Shown here piece by piece: positions 13,442 through 25,278 of a stretch of 64,000 nucleotides of DNA (the first letter of the stretch is position 1; every line of letters begins with the position of its first letter). Where the stretch lies: the NCBI GenBank assembly GCA_951406725.2, contig OX597835.1:15500001-15564000 (forward strand). The letters are read 5' to 3'. This DNA comes from Octopus vulgaris. Taxonomy: Eukaryota. The position numbers were made by a program, and so were the translations under genes. Below the pieces are notes generated by a model. It was given only the letters and a program-made list of their open reading frames with translations. It did not search any database and was not told the origin of the DNA.

Positions 13442-13660
13442 CCCTTTAGTGTTCAGATTATTCAATCAAACATAATGCTTATTGATTCACATTGATTTGA
13501 ATTAATCATGAATTATCTCATATCTTCAAGATCTTGATGGTGTAATTACCTAATGTAGAATAACATTGTAGGGTAGGTGTGAGGGCCTGGATCTGGTCAG
13601 TTTGAACATAAAACAGATTAGCTATTTTGGCCGGATATGGCCGGTTTAAAGGCTAAAGGG
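13442..13660. mobile_element. piggyBac-type MITE nested in a hAT-like MITE (12760-13713)
   Basis: TTAA-CCCTTTAG...CTAAAGGG-TTAA; outer ends CAGTGGTTTCCAACC / GGTTGGGAACAACTG. Confidence 0.7.
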
Positions 13661-13861
13661 TTAAAAGGGGTCCATGGGAAAACTCATTTAAATAAAAGGG
13701 TTGGGAACAACTGTACTGAAGCACCCGCCTTCACACATGTTGCTTTGATAAGTAGAAATCGAGTTGATCAGACAACTAAATGCTCATCATTAAAATATAT
13801 TTTCTGTGTTTTTCCGCTGAGTAAATGCATCGAAAATGGATTTCGTTCTGAATGTTTTCAG

Positions 13862-14072
13862 TGAACCAAAAACTGCAAGAATTAGTGATAAAGGTAGTCA
13901 GCTGTTTGAAGCAATGGATGTTGATACTACAGACCCCACACTCCCGGAAAGCTCAAAGTCGAGGAAGAAGAAGAAAACAGCAACGAAACGAAAGTCTAAT
14001 GGTTACATTGATGGTGATGCTGATGATGATGCTGACGCTACTGGAAAGAAGTGCAAGCTGGACTCTGAAAAG
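13862..14072 (+). CDS. PDCD11: RRP5/PDCD11 exon 8 in window (charged linker, NLS-like)
   Basis: ttcag|T...AAG|gtaaat; EPKTARISDKGSQLFEAMDVD...KSRKKKKTATKRK...KKCKLDSEK; phase 2/0. Confidence 0.82.
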
Positions 14073-14171
14073 GTAAATTCTGTTTCAAAAAAATAAGGAA
14101 AGGTGGTGAGTGAGTGCAAAGCATCGCCTTATATTGCATGTGCCTGGCTGTGTATGCTATAAAATTGAATA

Positions 14172-15497
14172 TCTTTATATATAAAAGTCAAGTTGTGTGT
14201 CTGTCTCCTACGATTTAGATTCCTAACTACTCCCACATTTTGTGGTGCAGTTTAACCAAAACCGGGCATCTTATAGTCGTGATTCATATCGAGCCCTTCT
14301 GGGTATTAGTGTGCATCTACGATGAGTCTACGATTTAAAAAAAAATTTACCATAATTTTTTTTCCATTTTAATGCATTTTTTTCGCTATTATATAAAGGA
14401 AGTAACTCTCTAGAAATGTCTACGATAAGTCAACGATTTTTTAAAAATTTACCATCATTTTTTTCCATTTTTAATGCATGTTTTTGCTATAACTCTCTAA
14501 AAATGCTTATATAGTTATTTCCCTTACAAACCCAAACAACGCCGGGCGATACTGCTAGTCTTTATATATAAAAGTGACTGAAAAATATAAAAGAAAAAAG
14601 AAATCTTTATATATAAAAGTCAAGTTGTGTGTCTGTCTCCTACGATTTAGATTCCTAACTACTCCCACATTTTGCGATGCAGTTTAACCAAAACCGGGTA
14701 TCTTATAGTCGTGATTCATATCAAGCCCGTCTGGCTATTAGCGCGCGTCTACGATGAGTCTACGATTTTAAAAATAATTTAACATCATTTTTTATTCCAT
14801 TTTAATGCATAATTTTTCGTGTGTCGATGGCGGCGGAGTTGGCGTCCACGCTCAAACACCTACACCTGTGTTTGCTTCTCCCCCTTCTTCCCTCCCTCGT
14901 AAAGCGTTGTCAAGGAGACGAGCGTTCTTTTAGAACAACGACTTCATGGCTTGAAGACACCAAAACAATAATGGCTAAGAAAGCCTGAATTGGCATCTAT
15001 AAGGGAAGTAACCCTCTAAAAATGCTTATATAGTTATTTCCCTTACAAACCCGAGCAACGCCGGGCGATACTGCTAGTCTTTATATATAAAAGTCAAGTT
15101 GTGTGTCTGTCTCCTATGATTTAGATTCCTAACTACTCCCACATTTTGCGGTGCAGTTTAACCAAAACCGGGTATCTTATAGTCGTGATTCATATCGAGC
15201 CCTTCTGGGTATTAGCGCGTGTCTACGATGAGTCTACGATTTTAAAAAAATTTACCATCATTTTTTTCCATTTTAATGCATTTTTTCGCTATCATATAAG
15301 GGAAGTAACTCTCTAAAAATGTCTACGATGAGTCAACGATTAAAAAAAAAATTTACCATCAATTTTTTTTTCCCATTTTTAATGCATTTTTTTGCTGTTT
15401 TTTGGCTATAACTCTCTAAAAATGCTTATAACTCTCTAAAAATGCTTATATAGTTATTTCCCTTACAAACTCGAGCAACGCCGGGCGATACTGCTAG
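14172..15497 (+). mobile_element. Tandem head-to-tail cluster of non-autonomous Helitrons
   Basis: Units start TCTTTATATATAAAAG and end with hairpin CCCGAGCAACGCCGGG + ...CTAG; units 14172-14558, 14604-15077, 15078-15497; CTAG|TC junctions; A/T insertion site. Confidence 0.88.
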
Positions 15498-16680
15498 TTT
15501 CATATAATCTAGTGGTTCTCAACCATATTTTGCCCATGCACCCCTTTAATCTCTGTCTCACTCTACGAGACCCCCCACATTAAAAAAAAATCCTATTAAG
15601 AAGCTTGCTTCCCAACCACATGGTTCTGGGTTCAGTCCCACTACGTGGCACCTTAGACAATAGCCTCGGGCCAACCAAAGCGTTGTGAGTGGATTTGATA
15701 GATGGAAACTGAAAGAAGCCCATCGTGTGTATATATATATATGTATGTATGTGCTTGTCGTTTGTGTCTGTGTTTGTCCCCCACCACCATCACTTGACAA
15801 CCGATGTCAGTGCGGTTTACATCCCTGTCGCTTAGTGGTTTGGCAAAAAGAGACCGATAGAATGAGTACTAGGCTAACAAAGAATAAGTCCTGGGGTTGA
15901 TTTATTTGAACAAAGGTGGTGCTCCAGCATGGCCGCAATCAAATGACTGAAACGAGTAAAAAAGTAATTAAGTATTATCAGGAATTACGCTGCGCCGCAT
16001 AAAATACACTTGTGCCAGCACCCAGCACACTCTGTAAAATGGTTAACAACCAGCCACAGAAACCATGCCGAAACAGACAGCTCCAGCTGGCCAGCTCATG
16101 CCAATATGGAAAATGGGCGTTAAATGTTGATGATGATGATGTATTAAAAAATTGTTAAAATATTTTGTGTATTGTGTATAGGCGTAGGAGAGGCTGTGTG
16201 GTAAGTAGCTTGCTTACCAACCACATGGCTCCGGGTTCAGTCCCACTGCGTGGCACCTTGGGCAAGTGTCTTCTGCTATAGCCTCGGGCCGACCAAAGCC
16301 TTGTGAGTGGATTTGGTAGACGGAAACTGAAAGAAGCCCGTCGTATATATGATATATATGTGTATGTGTGTACATTTGTGTATCTGTGTTTGTCCCTCCA
16401 ACATCGCTTGACGACCGATGCTGGTGTGTTTACGTCCCCGTAACTTAGCGGTTCGGCAAGAGAGACCGATATAAGTCCTGGGGTCGATTTGCTCGACTAA
16501 AGGTGGCGCTCCAGCATGGCCACAGTCAAATGACTGAAACAAATAAAAGAGTATTGTAGGTCTGTGACCAATTCATTGCTCATAAGCTTTAACAACAAAA
16601 TCTTGTATGTGCCCCCATGGGTCATATGAACCCTGGTTGAGAACTAATGATCCAATCTCTATTATTACTTATTGATTGCA

Positions 16681-17295
16681 CAGGGTTGGCCAAAAGTCAC
16701 CTGACAGTAAGTGAAAACCATTTCATTCCAAGATTTATTTGTGTTTAACAACTGAATCGATTTAATATAAGCATCTGAATATGAAACATCATGAAAATTG
16801 TTTGAACTGAAGTCCTTCTTGAGCTACACATTTTCCTGTTCAAGTCATACAGAATTAAAGATAGTAGGCGCAGGAGTGGCTGTGTGGTAAGTAGCTTGCT
16901 AACCAACCACATGGTTCCGGGTTCAGTCCCACTGCGTGGCACCTTGGGCAAGTGTCTTCTACTATAGCCTCGGGCCGACCAATGCCTTGTGAGTGGATTT
17001 CGTAGACGGAAACTGAAAGAAGCCTGTTGTATATATATATATATGTGTGTTTGTGTGTCTCTCCCTAGCATTGCTTGACAACCGATGCTAGTGTGTTTAT
17101 GTCCCCGTAACTTAGCGGTTTGGCAAAAGAGACCGATAGAATAAGGACTGGGCTTACAAAGAATAAGTAAGTCCCGGGGTCGAGTTGCTCGATTAAAGGC
17201 GGTGCTCCAGCATGGCCGCAGTCAAATGACTGAAACAAGTAAAAGAGTATTTATGGAATTTTGATTTACTGTCGGCTGACTTTTGGCCAACCCTG
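16681..17295. mobile_element. Tc1/mariner-like MITE with a nested full-length tRNA SINE (~16866-17248)
   Basis: TIRs CAGGGTTGGCCAAAAGTCA / TGACTTTTGGCCAACCCTG. Confidence 0.75.
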
Positions 17296-17587
17296 TATTA
17301 ATCTCCTTCAGACCTGTCCTTTATGATTATTCATTATACTTTATTTTCTACATTTAATCCAAAGCACAGATATGACTGTGTGGTTAAGTGTTCACTTTGT
17401 AACCATGTGGGTTTGGGTTCATTCCCACTGAGTAACACTTTGGGCAAAGTGTTTTATAATGTATTTCCTTCCCCTACATAATTATTTGTGTGTGTGTGTC
17501 GTGTGTGCATCCTGTAGTGATGGGCATCAACTTAATGTCAACAAATACTCAGATCTTGTGTTTTTTCTCTTTTTTTTCTTTCTAAAG

Positions 17588-17725
17588 CCAATTGAAGTTA
17601 TGCCTCCTGTCTTCTTCAACTGGGATAATGAAGCCGTTGCCCCAACAACCCAGAACGGTCATGTCAGCAGCAGTGATGACGACGTTGAAATGAGCGAAGA
17701 CAAGGATGAAGAATCATCTACAGGT
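17588..17725 (+). CDS. PDCD11: RRP5/PDCD11 exon 9 in window
   Basis: taaag|CCA...GGT|gtaagt; PIEVMPPVFFNWDNE...SSSDDDVEMSEDKDEE has the F-x-W plus acidic stretch that precedes the HAT region. Confidence 0.85.
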
Positions 17726-17755
17726 GTAAGTATTTTTGATTTGTTTTCTTCATAT

Positions 17756-18371
17756 GCTAAGCCTCACTGAGGGTATGGCAAGGGACCAGGACTTATGGCG
17801 CTAAGCCTCACTGAGGGTATGGCAAGGGACCAGGACTTATGGTGCTAAGCCTCACTAAGGAGATGGCAAGGGACCAGGACTTATGGCACTAAGCCTCACT
17901 GATGAGATGGCAAGGGACCAGGACATATGGTGCTAAGCCTCACTGAGGAAATGGCAAGGGACCAGGACTTATGGCGCTAAGCCTCACTGTGGAGATGACA
18001 AGGGACCAGGACTTATGGCGTAAGCCTCACTGAGGGGATGGCAAGGGACCAGGACTTATGGTGCTAAACCTCACTGAGGGGATGGCAAGGGACCAGGACT
18101 TATGGCGCTAAGCCTCACTGAGGGGATGGCAGGGGACCGGGACTTATGGCGCTAAGCCTCACTGAGGGGATGGCAAGGGACTGGGACTTATGGCACTAAG
18201 CCTCACTGAGGGGATGGCAAGGGACCGGGACTTATGGCACTAAGCCTCACTGAGGGGGATGGCAAGGGACCGGGACTTATGGCACTAAGCCTCACTGAGG
18301 GGATGGCAAGGGACCAGGACTTATGGCACTAAGCCTCACTGAGGAGATGGCAAGGGACCAGGACTTATGGC
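17756..18371 (+). repeat. 44 bp minisatellite, 14 copies
   Basis: unit GCTAAGCCTCACTGAGGGGATGGCAAGGGACCAGGACTTATGGC. Confidence 0.95.
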
Positions 18372-18899
18372 GATTTGCTGTATTTGAGAAGACACATCAA
18401 GCTAAGAAAAATTGCAGCCCTCCATACATACAGGCATGTCCTTTATGGTCACGCCTCCACTCCCTCTCCGAGCTGAGAGGTGTTTGTCTTGCAGGGGCCA
18501 GTACCACATAAAACGCACTTGTGCCAATGCCACATAAATTGCAATTGAACCAGTGTCATGTAAAAAGCACCCAGCACATTTCGTAAAGTGGTTGGCATTA
18601 AGAAGGGCCTCCAGCCATAGAAACCTTGCCTAAACAGACAATCAGAGCCTGGACAGTGTTCCAACTGGCCAGCTCCATGCCGAACCGTCTGACCCATACA
18701 TACACACATATAAAGTGTTTGTAAAGTTATTGTGATGTTAACTTGATAAATCAGGACAGACTGACTCCTAACCAAATCTCTTACCTGTTCCTACCTCTAA
18801 TTGCATCTTCTTCATTTAAATCAATTATTGTTCGTTTATACACATCTCCTGTACAAATTATTGTTTTCTTATCTACCTGCAATGTTCTTAATTTTACAG

Positions 18900-18968
18900 A
18901 AACTTCTCAAGAAAAAGAAAGCTGCTAGGAAGCTTGAAAAAAAACAGGAAGAAGAAAGGTTATATGAA
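18900..18968 (+). CDS. PDCD11: RRP5/PDCD11 exon 10 in window
   Basis: tacag|AAA...GAA|gtaagt; KLLKKKKAARKLEKKQEEERLYE; phase 0/0. Confidence 0.88.
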
Positions 18969-19216
18969 GTAAGTACATAGGTTGTTTCTCCCTCATGAAC
19001 CCTTTCTATTCCATTATCTCATAGCTTTCAGATTTCAGTTATGTCGTTGTATACTTATAGAATGACATTGTTGGGTAGGTATGAGAGGCTGGATCTGGCA
19101 GCTTTGAACATAAAACAAGTAGAATATTTGAGCTGGTTCAACCCTTTAGCATTCAGTGTTTTGAATTAGTCATACGTTATCTCATAGCTTTTGATATTTC
19201 AGTTATGTGATTGTAT

Positions 19217-19382
19217 AGGCGCAGGAGTGGCTGTGTGGTAAGTAGCTTGCTAACCAACCACATGGTTGCGGGTTCAGTCCCACTGTGTAGCATCTTGGGC
19301 AAGTGTCTTCTGCTATAGCCCCGGGCCGACCAATGCCTTGTGAGTGGATTTGGTAGACGGAAACTGAAAGAAGCCTGTCGTA

Positions 19383-19431
<49 letters not shown>

Positions 19432-19625
19432 TTGTGTTTGTCCCCCTAGTATTGCTTGACAACCGATGCTGGTGTGTCTACGTCCCCGCCACTTAGCGGT
19501 TCGGCAAAAGAGACCGATAGAATAAGTACTGGGCTTACAAAGAATAAGTTCCGGAGTCAATTTGATCGACTAAAGGCGGTGCTCCAGCATGGCCGCAGTC
19601 AAATGACTGAAACAAGTAAAAGAGT
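19217..19625 (+). mobile_element. tRNA-derived SINE family A, representative full copy
   Basis: GGCGCAGGAGTGGCTGTGTGGTAAG...GGTTCAGTCCC head, internal (TA)n, tail GAAACAAGTAAAAGAG; other copies near 1851(-), 3577(-), 16180, 16866, 24745, 43808(-), 50012. Confidence 0.85.
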
Positions 19626-21373
19626 ATATTTTTAGAATGACATTGTAGAATAGGTGTGAAAGGCTGGATCTGGCTGGATAGGACATGAAACGAGTAGAAT
19701 ATTTGTCCCAGATATGGTTGGTTTAACCCCTAGCATTCAGATTAGTCTGTCCTTGTAGAATGTTTTTATTGACATTAGTTTGAATTAATTATGCAACATC
19801 TTTTAGCTTTGAGATCCTGATGATGTGATTGTATGCTTTTAGAATGACAGTCAAGGGTAAGTGTGAAAGGCTAGATCTGGCCAGTTTGAACATAAAACAA
19901 AAAGCATATTTGGGCCCTGAAATGGCCAGTTTCATCATCATCATCATCGTCGTTTAGCGTCCGTTTTCCATGCTAGCATGGGTTGGACGGTTCTACTGGG
20001 GTCTGTGAAGCCAGAAGGCTTCATCAGGCCCAGTCAAATCTGGCAGTGTTTCTACAGCTGGATGCCCTTCCTAACGCCAACCACTCCGTGAGTGTAGTGG
20101 GTGCTTTTTACGTGCCACCCGCACAGGTGCCAGACAGAGCTGGCAAACGGCCACGAACGGATGGTGCTTTTTGTGTGCCACCGGCACAAGGGCCAGGCGA
20201 GGCTGGCAACGGACATGAAACGGGGCGGTGCTGGCAACGGTCGCGAAACGGAAGGTTCTCTTACATGCCACCGGCACTGGTAACACATCTGCAATTTCCA
20301 TTGATCGATTTCCATTCTGATCAAGTTAAACATGGCCCTCTCTCAGCTTCTGTTTCTGTTTCATCTCATATTCATTCCAGTTGTAACCACTTTACATTAG
20401 TTTATAATTTGAATTTACTGGCTGCGAAGGTAAATGCTATGTGGTGTGTGTGGTTCCCATTTGCTTGGCAGATTGCCAGACCATCATTTAAAGATGTTTT
20501 TGTTGAATAAAATTTGTTGAAAATAGCCGCAGTAATTATGCACCAACCCAATATTATTATTAAGATGGCAAGCTAGCTGAATCGTTAGCACACCGGGCAA
20601 AATGCTTATCAGTGTTTCATCTGTAGCTACGTTCTGAGTTCAAATTCCGCTGAAGTTGACTTTACCTTTCATCCTTTCAGGGTCAATAAAATAAGCACCA
20701 GTGAAACACTGGGGTCAATGTAATTGACTCATCCCCCTCCACCAAAATTTCAGGCCTTGTGCCCATAGTAGAAAGGATTATCATCATCACCATCATCATC
20801 ATTATCATCATTATTATCATTATTATTATTAAGGCAGTGAGCTGGCAGAATCGTTAGCACGCCAGGCAAAATGCTTTGCACCATTTCATCTGCCCTTATG
20901 CTCTGAGATCAAATTGCACTGTGGTTGAATGTGCCTTTCATCCTTTCAGGGTCAATAAATTAAGTACCAGTGAAATACTGGGGTCGATATAATCAGCTTA
21001 CCCCCTCCTCTTAAAATTGATAGGCTTGTGCCAAAATTAGAAATTGTTTATAGTATTAATAAAAACAATGATGATGATGATGACCCTTTCTAATATAGGC
21101 ACAAGGCCTGAAATTTGGGGGTGGTGGGTAGTCAGTTTCATCAAACCCAGTACTCAAGTGGTACTTATTTTATCGACCCCAAAAGGATAAAAGGCAAAGT
21201 CGACCTCAGCAGGATTTGAACTCAATAATAATAATAATAATATCGTCAGAAATTGCTGAGCACTGATATTTAGTTTTGTTCTTTTATGTTCCTGAAATCA
21301 AACATTGACTAATCATTGTTGCTATCTTCATTATTATTATCCTTAATGCTGTTATCTTGATGACTTCCTTCAG

Positions 21374-21558
21374 ATTGAACGTCAACGGGTCATTGGAGAA
21401 AAACTGCCCGAAACTGCCGATGATTTTGACCGTCTTCTCCTCCATTCACCAAATAGTTCTATGTTGTGGCTACGGTATATGGCTTTCCATTTGGAGACAG
21501 CTGAGATTGACAAGGCACGATCCATCGCAGAGAGAGCTCTGAAGACCATCCTATTCCG
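21374..21558 (+). CDS. PDCD11: RRP5/PDCD11 exon 11 in window (start of HAT/TPR domain)
   Basis: [51 protein letters not shown] is the diagnostic RRP5 motif; ttcag|..|gtgag. Confidence 0.97.
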
Positions 21559-23638
21559 GTGAGATTTTTAGTAGTTCTTTGTACGTTTGTAGCCTATGGT
21601 AAGCATTTTAAGGAAGCTGTCCATACTTATAGACAGATCAATACATACAGGCATGGTAAGAAGCTTGCTTCCTAACCACTTGGTTCCGAGTTCAGTCCCA
21701 CTGCGTGGCACTTCGGGTAAGTGTCTTCTATTATAGCTTTTGGCTGACCAAAGCCTTGTGAGTGGATTTGGTAGACGGAAACTGAAAGAAGCTCATCGTA
21801 TATATATACACACACACACACCATTGACAACCGGTGGTGATGTATTTATGTCCCTGTAACTTAGCTGCTTGGCAAAAGACACTGATAGAATAAGTCCTGG
21901 GGTAGATTTCTTCAGATAAAAGACTTTAATGCAGTGCTCCAGCATGGCCGCAGTCAAATGCCTGAAACAGGTAAAGAAAATAAAAGAATATATATGTGTG
22001 TGGGTGTAATCTTGGGTACGACTTTAAACTGCATCCCTAGTTTGGGAGTTCCAGAATTTTGAGGAGTGCAGAAGCACCTGTTAGCCACTATTGATCCCAG
22101 GTCTATTCTGACCTGTAATAGTAGCACCTGTCAAGATCCCAGCTGTGGGTTAGTTAGCATATTAGGGCTTACTTGCCCCTATGTATGTAAAAACTGGATC
22201 CAGTGGACTCTGCAAAAGAAACCTCCATGTTTCAACATCATCATCATCATCATCATTTAGCGTCCGCTTTCCATGCTAGCATGGGTTGGACGGTTCAACT
22301 GGGGTCTGGGAGGTCAGAAGGCTGCACCAGGCCCAGTCTGATCTGGCAATGTTTCTACGGCTGGATGCCCTTCCTAACGCCAACCACTCCATGAGTGTAG
22401 TGGGTGCTTTTTACGTGCCACCAGCACAGGTGCCAGAGGGGGCTGGCAAACGGCCATGGTCGGATGATGCTTTGTACGTGCCACCGGCACGGGGAGAAGT
22501 GCAAAACAAGTACAGCCATGCATTGTGGAGTGCAGAGATCATGATGTGGCAAGTGAGACATCTTGATCATCCACTACATCAGTCTCCATCCCGGGTCGTT
22601 TTGACCCGGTCTTGTCACTGAACTGAAGATGACCATGAATGAGAGAGCAAGGTTGATGGTGTGCAACCCTTTTTCACTTTAAATGAATTCACTACGCAAG
22701 TCATCAGCCGTCCTAGGATGACAAGATGGCCCTTGTTGCTCCAACAAACATCTGCTTTCCATGCCAGCATGTGTTGTCCTTATCCATTGTGAGTTCAAAT
22801 CCTGCTGGGGCTCACTTTGATTCCCTTAACCTTCAAAAGTGAACAAAATATATATTTACTGAGCATATACTTGTGTTTATCAATCAAGTCATCAGCCATC
22901 CTTGGATAACTAGATGGCTCTTGTCTCTCCAACAAACATCACATATGTATGCATCTATGTATAAGACAGGCTTCCACATAGTTCCATCTACCAAATTCAC
23001 TCGCAAGGCAATGCTCAGTCCAGGTCTGTATAGTAGAAGGTGCTTGTCCAAGGTGCTGTGCTGTGGGATTGAACCTGAAACCATGTGACTGCAAAGCAGG
23101 TTTCTTAACCACACAGTCATGCATATGTCTAATAGAATTTTTTTTTCATTGGGCATAAGGCCACATGTTTGATTGACCAGACACACGTATCATCATCATC
23201 ATCGTTTAACGTCCGCTTTCCTTGATAGCATGGGTTGGACGGTTTGACCGGGGTCTGGGAAGCCAGGAGGCTGCACCAGGCTCCAGTCTGATCTGGCAGT
23301 GTTTCTACGGCTGGATGCCCTTCCTAACGCCAACCACTCCGCGAGTGTAGTGGGTGATTTTTACGTGCCACCAGCACAGGTGCCAGGAGAGTCTGGCAGT
23401 GGCCACAATCGGTTGGTGCTTTTAACATGCCACCGGCACCGGCGCTATGCTTAGTAAATGCCTATTTTATTCATTTTTGAAGGATAAGGGAATCAAAGTG
23501 AGCCCTAGCCGGATTCGAACTCACAATGGACAAGGACAAAACTAAATATTGATTTAATCTAATTTCTGCTATTTTCACTGCCCTTGTTAAATACACACAA
23601 ACTGAGTTATAGCTTCATTCCTGATTTTTTTTCTTTAG

Positions 23639-23807
23639 GGAAGAGCAAGAGAAATTTAATGTTTGGATTGCTTACCTGAACCTTGAAAACTTATATGGAA
23701 ACAAAGAGAATCTAAATGCAGTTCTGCAGAGAGCGCTTCAGCAAAACCAACCTCTGAAGGTTTACCAACAACTTGTGAATATATACATAAAATCAGGGAA
23801 AATTCAA
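23639..23807 (+). CDS. PDCD11: RRP5/PDCD11 exon 12 in window
   Basis: EEQEKFNVWIAYLNLENLYGNKENLNAVLQRALQQNQPLKVYQQLVNIYIKSGKIQ; tttag|..|gtaag; phase 2/0. Confidence 0.96.
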
Positions 23808-24129
23808 GTAAGAAATCTTTGGTTTAACTTTTTCGTTACTGAATTCTTGCTAAAATATACTGCCTTTTGCTTTAATTCATCATCGTCGTCGTCATCATTT
23901 AGCGTCCGCTTTCCATGCTAGCATGGGTTGGACGGTTCAACTGGGGTCTGGGAAGCCAGTAGGCTGTACCAGGCCCAGTCTGATCTGGCAATGTTTCTAC
24001 GGCTGGATGCCCTTCCTAACGCCAACCACTCCGTGAGTGTAGTGGGTGCTTTTTACGTGCCAGACGGGGCTAGCAAACGGCCATGGTCGGATGGTGCTTT
24101 TTACCTGCCACTGGCACGGGGGCCGCCAA

Positions 24130-24290
24130 ACTCTAATTGTGGAGGGAACTTGTGGAAGGGGTAGATCCAGGAAGACGTGGGACAAAATGGTGAGAAAGGA
24201 TCTTCGGATGTTGTGCCTCACAGAGGGGATGAAAAGGGATCGGAACTTGTGGCAATTTACCCTATGTGAGAAGACAGGTGAATCTCAGTA
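24130..24290 (+). pseudogene. RTE-clade LINE ORF C-terminal fragment
   Basis: VEGTCGRGRSRKTWDKMVRKDLRMLCLTEGMKRDRNLW matches the G.R.RGRP..TW...DR..W tail of RTE. Confidence 0.7.
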
Positions 24291-25241
24291 AAATCATCCA
24301 TACATATTGGCATGTCCTTTGCAGGTGCTGGTGCCATGTAAAAGGCTCTTGTGTCGGGACCATGGTGAATGCACTCATACTACTACTACTACTACATAAA
24401 TGTTGGTGGCACGTAAGAAACACCCAGCTCTACTCTGTAAAGTGGTTGGCATTAGGAAGGGCATCAGGCCATAGAAACCATGCCAAAACAGACAATTGGA
24501 GCTTGGTGCAGTTCTCTGGCTTGCCATCTCCTGTCAAACCATCCGACCCATGCCAGTTTGGAAAACAGACATTAAGCAATGACGATGGGGAATTTTAATA
24601 AAATAACTTTATTAAACTGGAGTTTGGAACATAAATTAATATGAAATTTTTATCGAATGTTTTAGTTTAGTTCACTTTAAGATTGGAAGTCTGTATCATA
24701 GATCCATGAGTGGTCTTGGGCAGTTTTGCTATAAAAAAGGTTAAGGCGCAGGAGTGGCTGTGTGGTAAGTAGCTTGCTAACCAACCACATGGTTCCGGGT
24801 CCAGTCCCACTGTGTGGCACCTTGGGCAAGTGTCATCTGCTATAGCCCCAGGCCAACCAATGCCTTGTGAGTGGATTTAGTAGATGGAAACTGAAAGAAG
24901 CCCGTTGTATATATGTGTGTATATATATATGTGTGTATATTGGCAGGGCTGGCCTGCTAGGTAGCCGGCCAGAATGCTAGAAGATCATCAACGATCAAAC
25001 TACAAGGGAATTCTCTAGAGGAAGAATTCAGCGAACACCAGAACCAAATTTGGCGGGCAGGACATATGAAAAATTAAATAAAAAACAGACTTAAATGCAT
25101 ACCTCGGTTTCGGTCTTAACAATATATGTGCCAATATACACATATATTTGAATTTTCTCTGACTCCTCAGATTTTTTGAATGCTGGACTACTGGTTTTAA
25201 ATTGATATTAAAATTAATATTAATTTATCTCCCTCAATTTT

Positions 25242-25278
<37 letters not shown>

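Noticed and set aside
17756-18371. CRISPR-like short repeats
   Set aside because: Contiguous 44 bp units with no spacers; derived from a LINE end
25095-25175. Minus-strand hammerhead-like CTGAGGA...GACC-GAAA-CCGAGG-TA
   Set aside because: Stem I cannot pair and stem II register is off by one; at best a degenerate relic
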